From positions 100,814,001 through 100,878,000 of the forward strand of contig NC_086107.1 of assembly GCF_963921235.1 (NCBI RefSeq): DNA of 64,000 bases. Direction: 5' to 3'. This document shows positions 61,197 to 64,000 of this stretch, piece by piece; within the stretch, counting starts at the first letter, position 1, and each line of letters opens with the position of its first letter. The DNA comes from Mobula hypostoma (Eukaryota). The notes under the pieces are model-generated. The model saw only the letters and a list, made by a program, of their open reading frames with translations, did no database searches and was not told the origin of the DNA. A program made the position numbers and the translations under genes.

Positions 61197-62519
61197 ATGC
61201 ATTTGTGCTGAATTAATTGCATAGAATGGTTTATTTTGTGCCAGAGACATAGAAAACAAAAAAAAACTATTTAATCAAAATCTCCAGGTCCAGACTCAAC
61301 TTGTCTGTCCTTCTTTATTCCAAATAGTTATCTTCCTATGATTCTAGTTCACATCTCTCAAGCATCAAAGAAATGCTGGAGAGTTTCTGGATGAATGTCC
61401 AATCTCTTGGATTTATCAGTAAAACAAACACTGTCATATCCAGAGGAAGTCAAAAGTGCTGTTTAAGATTGAGCATTGACCCATTGCTTTCAATTTCAAG
61501 TTTATTGTCAATCAATCATACACATGTATACAGCTAAACAAAACATCATTCCTCTGGAGCTGAGGTGCAAAACTCAGTACATATAGTCACTGAGCTCATC
61601 ATTATCCCAAATTGCCACTTTCCCTTGAAGCCCATGGGCTTTTCCTTTCTTGATTAATCCCGTGTGTGGGACTTAGTTGAACACCATGTACAGTAAAGCT
61701 CCAGTTATCTACAGTCAAGTTTCAGTCTCCATGCAGCTAGTCACAAATCAGAATAAAAAATCCCAATAATTTGAAGTTTTATTTGAATAGCGATTGATTA
61801 GAATATGGAACCCTCCATTCCAATTAGTATCTGAAGAAAACGGTGTATGGTTTTTGGATGATAGGTGAGTACATGAGGGAGAAAATAAAAGCACTTGGTG
61901 ATAATTTTGTGGATACTTTGCCTATGAATCATGCAACTTAAATGTTACAATTACTTACCAAACACACAAACTGTTGGTTGAAGGGAACCTGAGAGAACTT
62001 CTCTGGTCTTCAAAGTTCTGTCTTGGATGTCCATTTGGGAAGACTTCAGGGTTAATGGCTCATCCTGTGTTGAATCACTGGTTTATGTTGAAGCTTCAGG
62101 TCCCTTGGCCTTGGACCCTCTGTGGGTGTTGGTTAAGGAAAAAAATAAGAAAGAACACATTTGTATTTCAATAATGGATATATGAATGGGATACAGATGG
62201 ATGTCTGTACACCTGTAGCATATGGTTCAGTAAATTAGTGAATTCACCATTTATTTTTTCTAATTGATCCACATGAGCTGGATGAAAGGCAGACAAGGCC
62301 AAAGCAATTGTAGCACCAAAACACTCAGGACCATAAAGAGCAAAAGTTAATATTTTTCATCAAAGTACTGTACATATACTGTATGTCACTATATACATTT
62401 TCTTGCAGGCATTCATAGTAGAACGATAGAATTAATAGAAAAACTTTACACATAGGTTGTCACACAATCAATGTGCAAATGAAGGCAAACTGCAAATACA
62501 AAAAACCCTAATAAATAAA

Positions 62520-62550
62520 TACATACATACATACATACATACATACATAC
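62520..62550. repeat. (TACA)n microsatellite
   Basis: tacatacatacatacatacatacatacatac. Confidence 0.95.
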
Positions 62551-63689
62551 TGAGAACACAAGTTGTAGAGTACTTGAAAGTGAGTCCATAGGTTGTGTTC
62601 ACTGATCAGTTCAGTGTTGATGTGAGTGATGTTATCCACACTGGTTCAAGATCCTGATGGATGAAGGGTAATAACTTCCTGAACCTGGGACCTAAGGCTC
62701 CTGTACCTGCTTGTCAGCAGCTAGAAGAAAGCATAGGCCTGGATGGTGGGGGTATCTGATGATGGACACTGCCCTTCCACCATCAGATTTCTGAATGGAC
62801 AATGAACCCACAAATACTATCTTCGTATGTTTATTCCCTCCTTTTCTGCACTGGTTATTTAATGCTTTATATATATATATATAGTGCAATTTTTAGTTTT
62901 CATTATTATGTATTACTACTGCTGCAAAACAACAAATTTCATTACATATGTCAGTGGCATTAAACCGGATTTTCATTCTGATTCTGACTGGGGTCCTGAC
63001 GTGAGGAAATCGAGGATCTAGTTGCACAAAGGGGTATCGAGGCCTCTGTGTTTGAGATTGATATGTTTTGGGAAGACGATGGTGTGAAATGCCGAGCTGT
63101 AGTCAATGAAGAGCATCCGGATGTAAGCACCTTCACTGTCCAAACGTTCCAGAACTGAGTAATGAATGGATGAAATGGCATCTACTGTTGATTTGTTGTG
63201 CCGGCTGGCAAATGGAGCAGACCCAAGTCTCTCCTCAGGTACGAATTGATATGTTTCATAACCAATCTCTCAAAGCACTTCTTTACAACAGTTGTTAGTG
63301 CTACGGAACGATAATCATTGAGGATTTTCAACAAGAAGGTCCATGAGATGGAAGCACATAGAGAAAGAGTCACTTGGAAAGCTTCTTTTGATCATAGGAA
63401 TTTCTAAACTAATAATAAAATCTACTTAAATACAGTTTTTTTCTTAGTATTTGATTTTCAGTCACAATAGTTCTAATATTAAGTGTTAGTGAGTGGAACA
63501 TGCCTTAAGTGGGCTTAAAACAGAAACAGATGCTTAGACTGGTCTTTCTTTGCCTATTAAATAAGTTAATATGTTTAAATAATATCCTTTACTATTCTGG
63601 CTGTAAGGCGTTCTTTCATTTTATTAAACTGGTTCGACATAATTTGCAAGGTTCCACAAATGGTAAAAGGTGCTATTTGCTGAGGTAGT

Positions 63690-64000
63690 AGAAGCGGAAC
63701 GTTTGTACGGGGGACGGGGATTCCGCTCAGAGCTCGGGAGGATTTGTTTGCTGCTCATAGCAACGTGCGTTCCCGGGAGAGGGGAAGGGTAGGAGGAACG
63801 GGGGGAATGGCGCCGAGGAATGGCCGTGGCCCAGGCAGGGGTCGGAAACGCTGTGTGCTCACCTTCAGCGAGGAGGACAGGAGGTGAGGTTCGGGGAAGG
63901 GATGGGTAGATAGCGCCCAGCCCGGATGCGGGGCAGGAGCGCCGGCGATCCCCATTTAAACAGCACTGCAAGCCGAGGCGGGGTCTGTGGCTGCCCCGCC
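63690..64000 (+). promoter_or_regulatory. CpG island and promoter of the downstream gene
   Basis: Abrupt switch to GC- and CpG-rich sequence with CGGAA (ETS-like) and GGCGGG motifs. Confidence 0.75.
63807..63883 (+). CDS. NOL12: Probable coding exon 1 of nucleolar protein 12 (MAPRNGRGPGRGRKRCVLTFSEEDR-R)
   Basis: Strong Kozak ggaATGg in a CpG island; donor AG|GTGAGG, phase 2; peptide resembles, from memory, the NOL12 N-terminus RLVLSFDEEKRR. The rest of the gene is outside the window. Confidence 0.7.

Noticed and set aside
61196..61201. miR-33 6-mer seed match AATGCA in the host 3' UTR
   Set aside because: Only a 6-mer, overlapping the poly(A) signal; expected by chance in AT-rich sequence
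63855..63870. Minus-strand donor-like AAG|GTGAGC suggesting an antisense gene
   Set aside because: Falls inside the better supported plus-strand NOL12-like exon; no matching minus-strand exons found
1..64000. Prokaryote-type systems (CRISPR arrays, operons, defence islands)
   Set aside because: The sequence is a spliced vertebrate locus; no regularly spaced repeat-spacer array was seen

Overview
Vertebrate genomic DNA. The repeat content (V-SINE/HE1-like SINEs, CR1, Rex1, RTE, Penelope) points to a cartilaginous fish, probably a ray; this is inference. The window holds one complete + strand gene, SREBF2 (SREBP-2). I reconstructed it by hand as 19 coding exons, all with GT-AG junctions in phase, from ATG 2029 to TGA 59723 (3330 nt, 1109 aa). 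It has a CpG-rich promoter with an SRE, an inverted CCAAT box, a CRE and a YY1 site, the miR-33 hairpin in intron 16, and a likely poly(A) signal at 61191. A second CpG island at the right edge carries what looks like coding exon 1 of NOL12. The introns are dense in transposons: a near-intact DD34E Tc1, a Gypsy-like solo LTR, hAT, Tigger and Tc1 MITEs, LINE fragments and SINEs. The most striking non-genic signals are: (1) Penelope-like elements that repeatedly form tail-outward inverted pairs, including a ~1 kb-arm palindrome inside one target-site duplication in intron 5; (2) minimal hammerhead-ribozyme motifs in two Penelope families; (3) an RTE insertion upstream of the promoter that appears to have captured an inverted copy of neighbouring DNA; (4) changes in the SREBP-2 DRSR and DEPD processing motifs. 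All coordinates and alignments were done by eye and no database search was run.
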